Assembly (NCBI GenBank): GCA_024408565.1
Contig: JAKSUW010000005.1
Location: 1 to 54,131 of the forward strand
DNA from: Bacilli bacterium
Lineage (GTDB): Bacteria > Bacillota_I > Bacilli_A > RFN20 > CAG-826
Direction of reading: 5' to 3'
Length of the DNA: 54,131 nucleotides
Part shown: in pieces, positions 9,489 to 19,757 of the stretch
Numbering within the stretch: position 1 is the first letter of the stretch
Layout of the letters: the number at the start of each line of letters is the position of its first letter
The notes under the pieces: model-generated
The model's database searches: none
What the model was told of the DNA's origin: nothing
Seen by the model: only the letters and a program-made list of their open reading frames with translations
Program-made: the position numbers and the translations under genes

Positions 9489-11636
9489 TTAAATATGTTT
9501 TGGTCTACGAACTTTTTGATAGAGTAAAACGAAAGCGCAAATAATCATTAAAACCGTTAAACCGGTATCGGCTAAAACTGAGTAAATCATATCCATATCC
9601 TTTACTACGATATCCACAATCATCACCCCAAATTTCACCGCTAAAGAAAAGACGACGCAGAACCACGCCCGGTTCCGGGTCATCTTGGCAATCTTATGGG
9701 CGTCATATACCTTAGCAGGATTATCATTCATAATAACAACATCAGCGTGATTGACCGCGATATCACTACCAATTCCACCCATCGCAATCCCAATATCGCT
9801 ACGCATAATACTTGGAGCGTCGTTAATCCCATCGCCAATAAAAGCAACTTTTTTGTTAGGATCACTCATTTCCATTTCCAGGTACTTAGTTTTTTCATCG
9901 GGTAAGAGTTCACTATGCCAGCGGTCAATCCCTAAAGCTTCACAAGTTTCTTTCGCGGTTTCTTCTTTATCGCCAGTGAGTAAAACAATTTCTACGCCCG
10001 CGTGATGCAAGAGATTTACCATCGGTTGAGCGTCTTTCTTTAATTCATCACTTAACACGGCGTAACCAGCGTATTGTCCATCGACGGCTAAATAAATCAC
10101 CGTGCCAATATCACTAACTTCATCAACCGTAACACGGTGCGATGATAAAAAGAAACGGCTCCCAACCACAATCGCGTGATCTTGGTAGCGAAGGGAAACG
10201 CCTTTCCCCGCTTCTTCTTGATAATTCTTAACCGCATTAATATAATCTTTAGCTTTGACCTCGTGCATAATCGCTTTCGCAATTGGGTGATCGCTTAAAC
10301 ATTCCGCGGCATAAAGATATTCCTTAAATTGCTCTACGCTTAATTTATTCGGCACAACTTTCGTCAGCATAAACGCACCATGGGTTAAAGTCCCGGTTTT
10401 ATCACTGACCAGTTTTTTCAGTTTCACTAATTCATCTAAATAATTCGCGCCTTTAACAATAATGCCGTTTTTACTTGCTAGACCAATTCCAGCGAAATAG
10501 GAAAGCGGCACACTAATAACAATCGCACAAGGACAAGCAATGACGATGAGATTTAGTGCTTTCTTGGTCGCTTCAACCCAATCAGTCGTGGCGCTACCCC
10601 AAATGACGAGTAATAAAATCGCCGCGATAATAACACCCGGTGTGTAGTATTTAGCAAACTTCGTAATAAAGTTTTCGGCTTTCGCTTTATGTTCGCCACT
10701 ACTTGCCACTAATTCTAAGATTTTACTAACAGTTGATTCTTGATAAATCTTCTTCACTTGGAGCGTTAAAGTGCCGCTTTTGAGCATACAACCTGACAAA
10801 GCTTCATCCCCCGCTTTCACGTGCTTAGGGACATATTCGCCAGTTAAAGAAGATATATCAAGGTTCCCTTCTCCTTCAATCACTTCGCTATCAACCGGGA
10901 TTGTCTCCCCCACTTTTACAATAATTAAATCGCCAACTTTTAAGTCTTGGCTTTTGATCGTCTTAGTTTCAATGCCATCAAAATAAGTGGCAGTTTCTGA
11001 ACGTTCATCGACCGCGGTCGAAATGGCGTTCCGACTTTTATTTGTCGCATAGTGTTCAATCATTTGCCCAATTTGGAAAAGAAGGATCACCATCGTTGCA
11101 TCAAAGAATGGTTCGTAGCGGCCATCTTCTTCTGGGAACACCGCGGTTAAAATAGAAACACCAACCACCGCTAAAGTGATTAATAAGAATTCATCAATCG
11201 GATTTTTAAGATGAATAATCTTATAAATAACTTTATAAAAAATTGAATAACCAACGATAAGAATCGCGATTAAATAAAGAATTAAACATGCAATATTATT
11301 TTGATCACGAAAGAAAGCGAAGCGACCAACAAACATTAAAATGGCCGCAATGATAATGCGACCTAATAAAATAATGTTTTTCGTGGTGAAGAACTTTTCG
11401 CGTTCTACATTTTGTTTCGCATCACTAATATATAAGTCATTGCTTTCAACTTGTTTAATAAGCCGCTTAATTTCTTCAATGCTTAATGGTTGATCTTTAT
11501 AGGTGATGTATAACCGCGCTCCAGCAAAATCAATCCGCGCGTATTCAATTCGCGCGTCGTGATTAAGAAATGACTCCGTTTTTGCGGCGCAGTTCGCACA
11601 ATCAAAACCTCGGATGGTATAAACTTTTTTCATCAT
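9489..11636 (-). CDS. Heavy-metal-translocating P1B ATPase (Cd/Zn/Pb, CadA/ZntA-like)
   Basis: N-terminal GFDCANC, TGE, CPC, DKTGTLT, HP, GDGIND. Confidence 0.92.
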   Translation of the reverse strand: MMKKVYTIRGFDCANCAAKTESFLNHDARIEYARIDFAGARLYITYKDQPLSIEEIKRLIKQVESNDLYISDAKQNVEREKFFTTKNIILLGRIIIAAILMFVGRFAFFRDQNNIACLILYLIAILIVGYSIFYKVIYKIIHLKNPIDEFLLITLAVVGVSILTAVFPEEDGRYEPFFDATMVILLFQIGQMIEHYATNKSRNAISTAVDERSETATYFDGIETKTIKSQDLKVGDLIIVKVGETIPVDSEVIEGEGNLDISSLTGEYVPKHVKAGDEALSGCMLKSGTLTLQVKKIYQESTVSKILELVASSGEHKAKAENFITKFAKYYTPGVIIAAILLLVIWGSATTDWVEATKKALNLIVIACPCAIVISVPLSYFAGIGLASKNGIIVKGANYLDELVKLKKLVSDKTGTLTHGAFMLTKVVPNKLSVEQFKEYLYAAECLSDHPIAKAIMHEVKAKDYINAVKNYQEEAGKGVSLRYQDHAIVVGSRFFLSSHRVTVDEVSDIGTVIYLAVDGQYAGYAVLSDELKKDAQPMVNLLHHAGVEIVLLTGDKEETAKETCEALGIDRWHSELLPDEKTKYLEMEMSDPNKKVAFIGDGINDAPSIMRSDIGIAMGGIGSDIAVNHADVVIMNDNPAKVYDAHKIAKMTRNRAWFCVVFSLAVKFGVMIVDIVVKDMDMIYSVLADTGLTVLMIICAFVLLYQKVRRPKHI

Positions 11637-11638
11637 AA

Positions 11639-12883
11639 CTAATAAGGCAAAGGATATTTATCGAGTAATTTCTTAATATCAGCTCGCGCCGCTTTTAACG
11701 CTACTTCATCATCACGGTGTTTAAGAATTGTGTCAATTAAACGTGCGACTTCACGAACATCATCTTCTTTAAAACCACGGGTTGTCATCGCGGGTGTACC
11801 AATCCGTAGACCACTCGCTTTAAAGGGTGGTAAAGGATCACGCGGAATCGCGTTTTTATTTAAGGTAATATTATTTTTATGTAATAAAGTTTCCGCTTCT
11901 AATCCATTAATGCCTAGTTTTGTTATAACTAAAGTGAAGAGGTGATTATCGGTACCGCCACTCACCACTTCATAACCCATCTTAATAAATTCATCAACCA
12001 TTGCTTTAGCGTTCTTAACGATTTGCTGTTGATAAGTTTTAAATTCCGGTTGGAGCGCTTCATGGAAAGCGACCGCTTTTGCGGCAATCACGTGTTCTAA
12101 TGGCCCGCCTTGGCAGCCTGGGAAAATACTACTATTAATCTTTTTAATAATCTCTTCATTGTTAGTTAAGATAATGCCACCACGTGGTCCTCTTAAGGTC
12201 TTGTGGGTCGTAGAAGAAACTACATCTGCTACTTCACACGGATTAGGATGTAGACCCGCCGCGATTAAACCAGCAATATGTGCCATATCGACAAATAAAT
12301 AGGCGCCGACTTCATCACAAATAGCCCGGAACTTTTTAAAATCAATGATGCGAGAATAGGCGCTTGCCCCCGCAATAATCATTTTGGGTTTACATTCTAA
12401 AGCAATACGCCGAACTTCATCATAATCGATATAACCTTGATCGTTCACGCCATAAAATTTCGCATTAAAATCTTTTCCTGAGAACGATAATTTATAACCA
12501 TGTGTTAAGTGTCCACCCGCGTCTAGGCTCATACCTAAAACAGTTCCACCATTAGGCACTAAGGCTTTATAAACAGCCATGTTCGCACTACTTCCGCTAT
12601 GGGCTTGAACGTTCGCATATTTCACATTAAATAATTTACATACCCGGTCAATTGCTAGCCGTTCAGCGTTATCGATAAATTCACAACCACCATAATAGCG
12701 TCTACCTGGATAACCTTCCGCGTATTTATTAGTTAAAACACTACCTTGTGCTTCTAAGACCGCTAACGAAACATAGTTCTCACTAGCAATGAGTTCAATA
12801 TTATCCCGTTGCCGGTTTAGTTCGTTTTGAATCTGTTGATAAAGTTCTGGATCCACTTCTTGGAGTTTCTTTTTGTTCATCAT
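11639..12883 (-). CDS. glyA: Serine hydroxymethyltransferase
   Basis: [33 protein letters not shown]; start moved to ATG 12883 (12880 possible). Confidence 0.97.
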   Translation of the reverse strand: MMNKKKLQEVDPELYQQIQNELNRQRDNIELIASENYVSLAVLEAQGSVLTNKYAEGYPGRRYYGGCEFIDNAERLAIDRVCKLFNVKYANVQAHSGSSANMAVYKALVPNGGTVLGMSLDAGGHLTHGYKLSFSGKDFNAKFYGVNDQGYIDYDEVRRIALECKPKMIIAGASAYSRIIDFKKFRAICDEVGAYLFVDMAHIAGLIAAGLHPNPCEVADVVSSTTHKTLRGPRGGIILTNNEEIIKKINSSIFPGCQGGPLEHVIAAKAVAFHEALQPEFKTYQQQIVKNAKAMVDEFIKMGYEVVSGGTDNHLFTLVITKLGINGLEAETLLHKNNITLNKNAIPRDPLPPFKASGLRIGTPAMTTRGFKEDDVREVARLIDTILKHRDDEVALKAARADIKKLLDKYPLPY

Positions 12884-12961
12884 AAGTGATATTTTATCAT
12901 AGATAAAAAGCAATGATAATTTTTGTGCTTTTGTTAAGAGAAAACGCTATAATTAAACCCG

Positions 12962-13747
12962 ATGAGTGAATGTAATCATAACTGTAATGAATGTAATCAA
13001 AAAGACTGTGGCGAACGCTCGTTAGCGTTTAAACTTCATCCTAGTAGTCATATTAAACATACCATCGGCATTTTTAGTGCAAAGGGCGGAGTTGGTAAAT
13101 CACTCGTCACTTCTTTACTCGCGATTAAAAAAGTGCGAGAAGGGAAGAAAGTCGCCATCCTTGACGCGGATGTAACTGGACCAAGTATTCCAAAAGCCTT
13201 TAACGTAAAAGGACCGCTTTACGCTGAGGAAGGAGCGATTATCCCGTTAGTAAGTCAAACGGGCATTAAAATCGTTTCCGCTTCATTGTTACTTGATAAT
13301 AACAGCCAACCCATTCTTTGGCGGGGTCCGCTCATCGCGGGGATGGTCAAACAATTCTACACCGATGTTAATTACGGCGATTTAGATTATTTATTTATCG
13401 ATATGCCACCCGGAACCGCCGATGTTTCATTAACGGTTTTTCAATCACTAAACCTTGAGTCAATTATCATTGTTACGACCCCACAAGATCTTGTTAACGA
13501 AATTGTTACTAAAGCCATCGAGATGGCTAAAAAAATGAATATTAAAGTTTTAGGTATTGTGGAAAATATGGCATACGCCATTTGTCCTGATTGCCATAAA
13601 AAGTTCAAATTATTTGGTGAATCTCACGTTAAAAAAGTAGCGGACTTTTATCAACTACCAATCTTAGGGGAAATCCCGATTGACCCCGCCATTAGTAAAC
13701 TCGTCGACAGCGGAATGATTGAACTAATTAAAGATACTTATCTATAG
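12962..13747 (+). CDS. Mrp/NBP35 family Fe-S cluster carrier ATPase
   Basis: N-terminal Cys cluster, KGGVGKS, DADVTGPS, WRGP, DMPPGT, ENM..CPDC. Confidence 0.93.
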   Translation: MSECNHNCNECNQKDCGERSLAFKLHPSSHIKHTIGIFSAKGGVGKSLVTSLLAIKKVREGKKVAILDADVTGPSIPKAFNVKGPLYAEEGAIIPLVSQTGIKIVSASLLLDNNSQPILWRGPLIAGMVKQFYTDVNYGDLDYLFIDMPPGTADVSLTVFQSLNLESIIIVTTPQDLVNEIVTKAIEMAKKMNIKVLGIVENMAYAICPDCHKKFKLFGESHVKKVADFYQLPILGEIPIDPAISKLVDSGMIELIKDTYL

Positions 13748-15638
13748 AAGTCTTTTTCTTCTTTTTGAATTTTTGTCTTAAAAATTTATCAGTTCTTTTG
13801 TCAATCTCTTGACAATTCTTGCGAATTAATTGAATGATTTCATTCTTACTCATTTCGGGTTTATAGCCTTTAAACTGGAATAATTTAATCAGCGAAACGA
13901 GCTCATTAACCGTCCGGTTATTAAGCATTTCTTCGCTCCGCAAATAGTTAGAAAGCTGCGCGACCGTGAAGTCAACGTTTTCGTGAATAAAACCGAAAGT
14001 TAATAATCCAGTGGCTAATGTTTCTGGTTCAAATCGTTTTAAATAACGACGTACATAGTCTTCGTATTTCACCTCTTCATTTACTTCGGAGACCACCGCA
14101 CTAGTCCGATTAGTCAAACGACGACAGATATGGTAAGTGGCAATACCTAATAGCATAGCAGTGGCAATCGAACCAATTTGCATACTCCCTTCAATTACCC
14201 CAATTGATAATAATTTAAAGGGTGGGAAGAGAAGGATTAGTCCACCGATTCCCGAGATTAAAATCGAGCAAACCGTTAATAAGTTAGTATTATCATCAAG
14301 ATTAATATCCTTAAACATTCTTAAGCCCGAAACAGAAATATAACCGTAAAGGGCTAAACAAATACCGCCCATAACACAACTTGGAATGGTCTGAAGTGCA
14401 GTGCTAAATGGTGCGAGGAAAGATAAGATAATACAAATACACGCTGTTGTAAAAGTAGTAATAACGGAAGCGTTCCGCGTCATCGCTACGCACGCAATAC
14501 CTTCGCCATATGAAGTGTTAGGACAAATACCCAAAACTGTACCAGAAATACTGCCCACTCCATCACCAAGTAAAGTCCTTGTTAAACCAGGATCAGTTAA
14601 TAGATCGTGTTCAATAATTCGACTCATGTTTTTGTGATCCGCTAAGTGTTCAGCAAAACTTACAATCGCAATTGGGCAGAAAGCTAACACAATCGCCCCC
14701 ACTCCTGACCACGATAAGGCACCAACAAAGACATGATTATCAACTAAAATCTGAGTTAATTGTTTGGCATTTTCTATTACAATCTCAATTTTAACTTCGC
14801 CTATCATAAACCATTCTGGGTGAATCGCATTATAGAAATTAGCTTGATCAACAATAAATTGAGGATCAGGTTGACCAGTAATTAACTCTTTTATGCCTTC
14901 GGCCAAAGAGATATGCGGTACTTGAAAGAAGGACTGCCAACTCACATTCGTAAATAATTTTTGCACTGGTGTCCAGTCAATAATTTTTAAATAGTCAGTG
15001 TTAGTTGCGTTACCAATCGCCGTAAAAATAGAGGCCAAACCATAGCCAACTAAAATGCCAATGATAAAAGGAATTAGTTTAATACCTTTGTAGCGCATCT
15101 GGACCGAACAAATAACCACCGTAAAGAAAGCAACTAATCCACATAGTAATGCAACAAGATTATAGGCTTTAAATTCACCTTGGCTTGCCGAGACGATGTT
15201 GCCCATAGCGCTACCGGCTAAACTTAAACCGATTAAAGCCACAACTGGTCCAATAATCACTGGCGGCAAAATACGATTAATCCAATGAACGCCAACAAAT
15301 TTCACGATGATAGCGATAATGACATACATTAAGCCACTTAAAATACCGCCCAGTAAAATGCCACAATAGCCAAACGCTAAGGCCGATGGGAAAGCGGCAA
15401 TATAAGCGAAGCTACTTGATACCACGATTGGTGATTTGCCTTTGGTAAATAAGATATAAACAATGGTCCCAACACCAGCGCCTAAAATCGCACTCGGGAT
15501 TTGACTAGGAACACCAATTGCGACTGGCACTGCAACGGTCGCGGCTAAAATCGCTAGCAATAATTGAGTAGAATAAAGTAATAGATTTTTAAATTTCGGA
15601 CGATCGCCAACTTGGTAAATGAGCTCGTTACTTTGCAT
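13728..15638 (-). CDS. Uracil/xanthine permease (NCS2, UraA/PyrP-like) with an internal insertion and C-terminal extension
   Basis: SSFAYI, EHLADH, GDG..PNTSYGE NAT signature; sits at the end of the pyr operon. Confidence 0.88.
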   Translation of the reverse strand: MQSNELIYQVGDRPKFKNLLLYSTQLLLAILAATVAVPVAIGVPSQIPSAILGAGVGTIVYILFTKGKSPIVVSSSFAYIAAFPSALAFGYCGILLGGILSGLMYVIIAIIVKFVGVHWINRILPPVIIGPVVALIGLSLAGSAMGNIVSASQGEFKAYNLVALLCGLVAFFTVVICSVQMRYKGIKLIPFIIGILVGYGLASIFTAIGNATNTDYLKIIDWTPVQKLFTNVSWQSFFQVPHISLAEGIKELITGQPDPQFIVDQANFYNAIHPEWFMIGEVKIEIVIENAKQLTQILVDNHVFVGALSWSGVGAIVLAFCPIAIVSFAEHLADHKNMSRIIEHDLLTDPGLTRTLLGDGVGSISGTVLGICPNTSYGEGIACVAMTRNASVITTFTTACICIILSFLAPFSTALQTIPSCVMGGICLALYGYISVSGLRMFKDINLDDNTNLLTVCSILISGIGGLILLFPPFKLLSIGVIEGSMQIGSIATAMLLGIATYHICRRLTNRTSAVVSEVNEEVKYEDYVRRYLKRFEPETLATGLLTFGFIHENVDFTVAQLSNYLRSEEMLNNRTVNELVSLIKLFQFKGYKPEMSKNEIIQLIRKNCQEIDKRTDKFLRQKFKKKKKTSIDKYL

Positions 15639-15695
15639 AAAAAAATCTATCTATTTATAGATATATTATACCAAGTATAATAAGGTAAAAATCAA

Positions 15696-16778
15696 CTAAT
15701 GTTTTTGTTCGCAATAGATGCACTTAAATTCGCCTTTTTTATTGGTCGGGACGAATTTATGTTCGTGCTCTTGCTCAACGCCAGAAATGCAACGTGGATT
15801 TTTGCACTTTAAATCGTAGCGGACTTTCTTCTTATCAAATAAGGGTTCTTTCTTCGGATTCTTTTTCGCGAGATCTAACAATTTAAGAATTAACGCCATT
15901 CGAATATATTTTCCGTTTAGCGTTTGCCGGAAATACGCTGCACGAGGATCATCATCCACCTTCACGCTAATTTCGTTTACGCGTGGTAAGGGGTGAAGAA
16001 TTCGTAAACTCTTCTTGGCCTTTTTTAATTTATCAGTCGTTAAGACATAAGAATTCTTTAGGCGTTCATATTCTTTTTGGTCAAAGAATCTTTCACGTTG
16101 AATCCGGGTCATATAAAGAATATCTAAGTCTTTAATGTTATCTTCTAAGCTTGTCACTTCTTTATATTTCATATGGTTCTTTTTAATGATGTCATTAATG
16201 ACATAATCAGGCATCTTTAATTCTTTTGGTGAGATTAAGACGAGCTTAATATTTTTGTAACGTGACATCGCTAAAGTTAAGGAATGAACGGTGCGACCAT
16301 ATTTAAGATCACCGCACATACCAATCGTTAAATTATTAAATCCTCCCTTCTCACGATAGATTGTTAATAAATCCGCGAGCGTTTGGGTTGGGTGAGCGTG
16401 CATACCATCGCCAGCATTAATGACGGGAACATTCGCCGCTAAGGCGGCCACTAAACCCGCGCCATCTTTAGGGTGACGAATCGCAATGATATCCGCAAAA
16501 TTAGAAACCACTTTGCAAGTATCCGAAACGCTTTCTCCCTTTGCGCTACTACTTGAAGTAGCTTCGCTAAAGCCTAAAACATTACCACCTAATTCCATCA
16601 TCGCCGCGGTAAAAGATAAACGCGTTCTTGTTGATGGCTCAAAGAATAGCGTCGCGAGTTTTTTACCTTCACAAGCGTGAGCGTATTTCTTCGGATGCTT
16701 AATAATGTCACAAGCGGTTTTACATAATTCGTCTAATTCTTTGACGGATAAATCTTTAATATCGATTAAACTACGCAT
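15696..16778 (-). CDS. pyrB: Aspartate carbamoyltransferase catalytic subunit fused to a PyrI-type zinc-binding domain
   Basis: [18 protein letters not shown]; C-terminal CKNPRC...CIYC. Confidence 0.95.
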   Translation of the reverse strand: MRSLIDIKDLSVKELDELCKTACDIIKHPKKYAHACEGKKLATLFFEPSTRTRLSFTAAMMELGGNVLGFSEATSSSSAKGESVSDTCKVVSNFADIIAIRHPKDGAGLVAALAANVPVINAGDGMHAHPTQTLADLLTIYREKGGFNNLTIGMCGDLKYGRTVHSLTLAMSRYKNIKLVLISPKELKMPDYVINDIIKKNHMKYKEVTSLEDNIKDLDILYMTRIQRERFFDQKEYERLKNSYVLTTDKLKKAKKSLRILHPLPRVNEISVKVDDDPRAAYFRQTLNGKYIRMALILKLLDLAKKNPKKEPLFDKKKVRYDLKCKNPRCISGVEQEHEHKFVPTNKKGEFKCIYCEQKH

Positions 16779-16780
16779 AA

Positions 16781-17422
16781 CTATCCTTTAATCCAACTCT
16801 CATCACTCGGGTTATTACGGAAAGCGAGTAAACGCTTAATATCTTCGCTCTTAATATAATTTTCTTGAGCGGCAACTTCAGCAATCACATCAAAGTTAGT
16901 AAGTGAATATGTTGTGACTTTCGCTTCGGCTAAAGCATCTTTACTCTTTTGCATATTATAGGTAAAGATTGAAACCATACCTAAGACATTAACACCCGCT
17001 TCACGGAGTACCTTAATAACTTCTAAGGATGAGCCACCAGTAGAGATTAAATCTTCAATCACCACCACTTTCATACCACTAGTTATCTTACCTTCAATTT
17101 GGTTTTTCCGTCCGTGGTCTTTAGCGCCCGCTCTCACATAACCCATTGGTAGACGAAGAAGATGACCAACAATCGCCGCGTGAGCGATACCCGCGGTCGC
17201 GGTACCAACAACCGCTTCCACTTGGGGAAACTTCGCTTGAACGGTTTCCGCTAACGCGTTTTCCACATCATTTCTTACTTTGACAGAAGTTAAAGTTAAA
17301 CGGTTATCACAATAAACCGGACTTTTAATACCGCTTGCCCAAGTAAAGGGTTCATCAGGCCGAAAGAAAACCGCTTTAATACTGAGGAGATCTTTCGCAA
17401 TTAATTCTTCAATTTTTTCCAT
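16781..17422 (-). CDS. pyrE: Orotate phosphoribosyltransferase
   Basis: [27 protein letters not shown]; start moved to ATG 17422 after AAGGAG. Confidence 0.96.
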   Translation of the reverse strand: MEKIEELIAKDLLSIKAVFFRPDEPFTWASGIKSPVYCDNRLTLTSVKVRNDVENALAETVQAKFPQVEAVVGTATAGIAHAAIVGHLLRLPMGYVRAGAKDHGRKNQIEGKITSGMKVVVIEDLISTGGSSLEVIKVLREAGVNVLGMVSIFTYNMQKSKDALAEAKVTTYSLTNFDVIAEVAAQENYIKSEDIKRLLAFRNNPSDESWIKG

Positions 17423-17433
17423 CGTTATACTCC

Positions 17434-18132
17434 TTATTTTATAAACTCTTTGACACACCGTTCATAGGCCGCCACTGGATCAATTGCTTCCGTAATAGGC
17501 CGACCCACTACAATATAATCAGAACCAATCGCGTTAGCTTGTTCAGGTGTCATAACACGTTTTTGATCGCCTTTATTTGAATCCGCAAAGCGGACACCTG
17601 GCGTCACGGTTAAGAAACTACTACCACAAGCATCATGCACTTTCTTGGCTTCAAGTGGTGAACATACGACACCATCTAAACCACTATCTTTGGCGTTCTT
17701 CGCGTAATGCATCACCACATTAGCGATGTCATCTTTAATTAATAAATCGGTTTCCATCGCTGCTTGGTCAGTCGAAGTTAATTGCGTAACCGCGATTAAT
17801 AAAGGCCGCGTTCCATCCGGACGAGTTAAACCTTCTAAGGCCGCTTTCATCATCGCTTTTGTTCCTGAGGCGTGACAGTTAACCATATCAACATCAAGAT
17901 TACTTAATACACGCATACTCTTCTTTACCGTGTTTGGGATATCGTGTAATTTTAAATCTAAGAAAATCTTATGACCGCGGGCTTTAATGGCTTTAATAAT
18001 ACTTGGTCCCGCACTATAAAAAAGTTCCATGCCAATTTTCACAAACGGCTTCTTATCCTTAAATAAATCGAGAAATTTGAGTGTGGCTTCTTCGCTAGCG
18101 AAGTCGCAAGCAATAATGACATCTTTTCCCAT
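17434..18132 (-). CDS. pyrF: Orotidine-5'-phosphate decarboxylase
   Basis: KIGMEL, FLDLKLHDIPNT, TPGVR, VVGRPI. Confidence 0.97.
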   Translation of the reverse strand: MGKDVIIACDFASEEATLKFLDLFKDKKPFVKIGMELFYSAGPSIIKAIKARGHKIFLDLKLHDIPNTVKKSMRVLSNLDVDMVNCHASGTKAMMKAALEGLTRPDGTRPLLIAVTQLTSTDQAAMETDLLIKDDIANVVMHYAKNAKDSGLDGVVCSPLEAKKVHDACGSSFLTVTPGVRFADSNKGDQKRVMTPEQANAIGSDYIVVGRPITEAIDPVAAYERCVKEFIK

Positions 18133-19043
18133 TATTTACATCCCCCGATAATTTCTTTTAACGCTTTAATTTTATAATGAGACATTACGCGTGGTAAATC
18201 CTTAACGATTTTATAAGCAGCGTAAGGGTCCACTAAATTAGCGGAACCAATCTCAACGGCGGTAGCGCCCGCTAACATCATTTCGATAACATCTTCCGCA
18301 CTAGAAATGCCACCCATACCGATAACAGGAATCTTGACCGCGTGAGCGACTTGATAAACCATCCGTAAAGCGATTGGAAACACCGCATCACCACTATAGC
18401 CACCAAAGGTGTTTTTAAGAATTGGTGAGCGTTTCTTTAAATCAATCCGCATTCCTAAAATGGTGTTAATAAGTGATAAACCATCCGCCCCCGCTTTTTC
18501 ACAGGCTTTAGCGATTTCAACAATATTCGTGACATTAGGTGAAAGCTTTACGATGATTGGTTTTTTACTGACTTTCTTGACTGCTTTAGTGACTAACGCG
18601 GCGTTTTTGGCGTCTGTTCCAAACGCCATACCGCCACCATGAACATTAGGGCAAGAAATATTAATTTCAATCCAACCAACTTGGGGACATTTATTTAGTT
18701 TTTTCACCACACTTACATATTCATCAATTGAGAAACCACTGACATTGGCCATCACTGGTTTCTTAAAGAACTTTTTCATCTTCGGTAGTTCAACTTTAAT
18801 GACTTGATCAATACCAGGATTTTGTAAGCCTACCGCGTTAAGAACGCCGTTTTTGCCTTCGGCAATCCGTGGGGATAAATTACCAAACCGAGGTTTTAAA
18901 GTTGTACCTTTAAAGGAGAAAGTGCCTAAGAGATTTAGATCATAAAGTTTAGCGAATTCTTCGCCATAACCAAAGGTACCACTCGCAGGAATCACTGGGT
19001 TAGTTAAGGTGATGCCACATAGTTTAACTTTGGTGTCTACCAT
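18132..19043 (-). CDS. pyrD: Dihydroorotate dehydrogenase class 1B, catalytic subunit
   Basis: ASGTFGYG, NAVGLQNPG, NISCPNV, KLSPNV. Confidence 0.95.
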   Translation of the reverse strand: MVDTKVKLCGITLTNPVIPASGTFGYGEEFAKLYDLNLLGTFSFKGTTLKPRFGNLSPRIAEGKNGVLNAVGLQNPGIDQVIKVELPKMKKFFKKPVMANVSGFSIDEYVSVVKKLNKCPQVGWIEINISCPNVHGGGMAFGTDAKNAALVTKAVKKVSKKPIIVKLSPNVTNIVEIAKACEKAGADGLSLINTILGMRIDLKKRSPILKNTFGGYSGDAVFPIALRMVYQVAHAVKIPVIGMGGISSAEDVIEMMLAGATAVEIGSANLVDPYAAYKIVKDLPRVMSHYKIKALKEIIGGCK

Positions 19044-19756
19044 ATAATCTCCTTGCCAAGAAAGACCGGCCCGTCTTTACAGACACGCTTCGCGCCTTCC
19101 TCAGTCTTAATTGTACATCCCATACACGCTCCAAAGCCACAACCCATTCTTTCTTCTAAAGAATATTCGCCGACTTTTGCTAACGTATAAACCGCTTTTA
19201 ACATCGGAATTGGACCACAGGCATAAACATAATCATAATGAAGTTTTTTCATCGCATCGGTGACTAAACCTTTAACACCTACACTACCATCAAGCGTAGT
19301 CACAATCACTTTCACGCCGAGCTTTTTAAATTCGTTCACATAAAATAATTCATTCTTCTTATTAAAGCCAAGAATGACGGTTACATCTTTCTTTTGTCTC
19401 TTTAATTCCTTGGCTAAGAAGTATAGCGGTGGGATACCAACTCCACCACCGACTAATAAATTGTGTTTTTTCGCGTTAGTTAAATTATATCCGTTACCTA
19501 AACTAGTTAAGACATTCACTTCAGTATGAAGTTTACTAAGTTTATCCGTCCCTTTCCCAACCACTTTATAAATTAAGGTTAATTGGTTTTTATTCGCATC
19601 ACAAATCGAGATGGGACGGCGAAGATAGTAGCCAGGAATTTTTAGATTCACGAATTGTCCTGGATGCATCGTATCGATCTTACCAGCTAAAACTAAACGA
19701 TAAACATCGCTAGTGAGAGGGTGATTTTCTTTAATCGCTAAAACTACTTCTTTCAT
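19037..19756 (-). CDS. pyrK: Dihydroorotate dehydrogenase electron-transfer subunit
   Basis: LRRPIS, GGGVG, MGCGFGACMGC...C [2Fe-2S] motif; start at ATG 19756. Confidence 0.94.
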   Translation of the reverse strand: MKEVVLAIKENHPLTSDVYRLVLAGKIDTMHPGQFVNLKIPGYYLRRPISICDANKNQLTLIYKVVGKGTDKLSKLHTEVNVLTSLGNGYNLTNAKKHNLLVGGGVGIPPLYFLAKELKRQKKDVTVILGFNKKNELFYVNEFKKLGVKVIVTTLDGSVGVKGLVTDAMKKLHYDYVYACGPIPMLKAVYTLAKVGEYSLEERMGCGFGACMGCTIKTEEGAKRVCKDGPVFLGKEIIW

Positions 19757-19757
19757 A

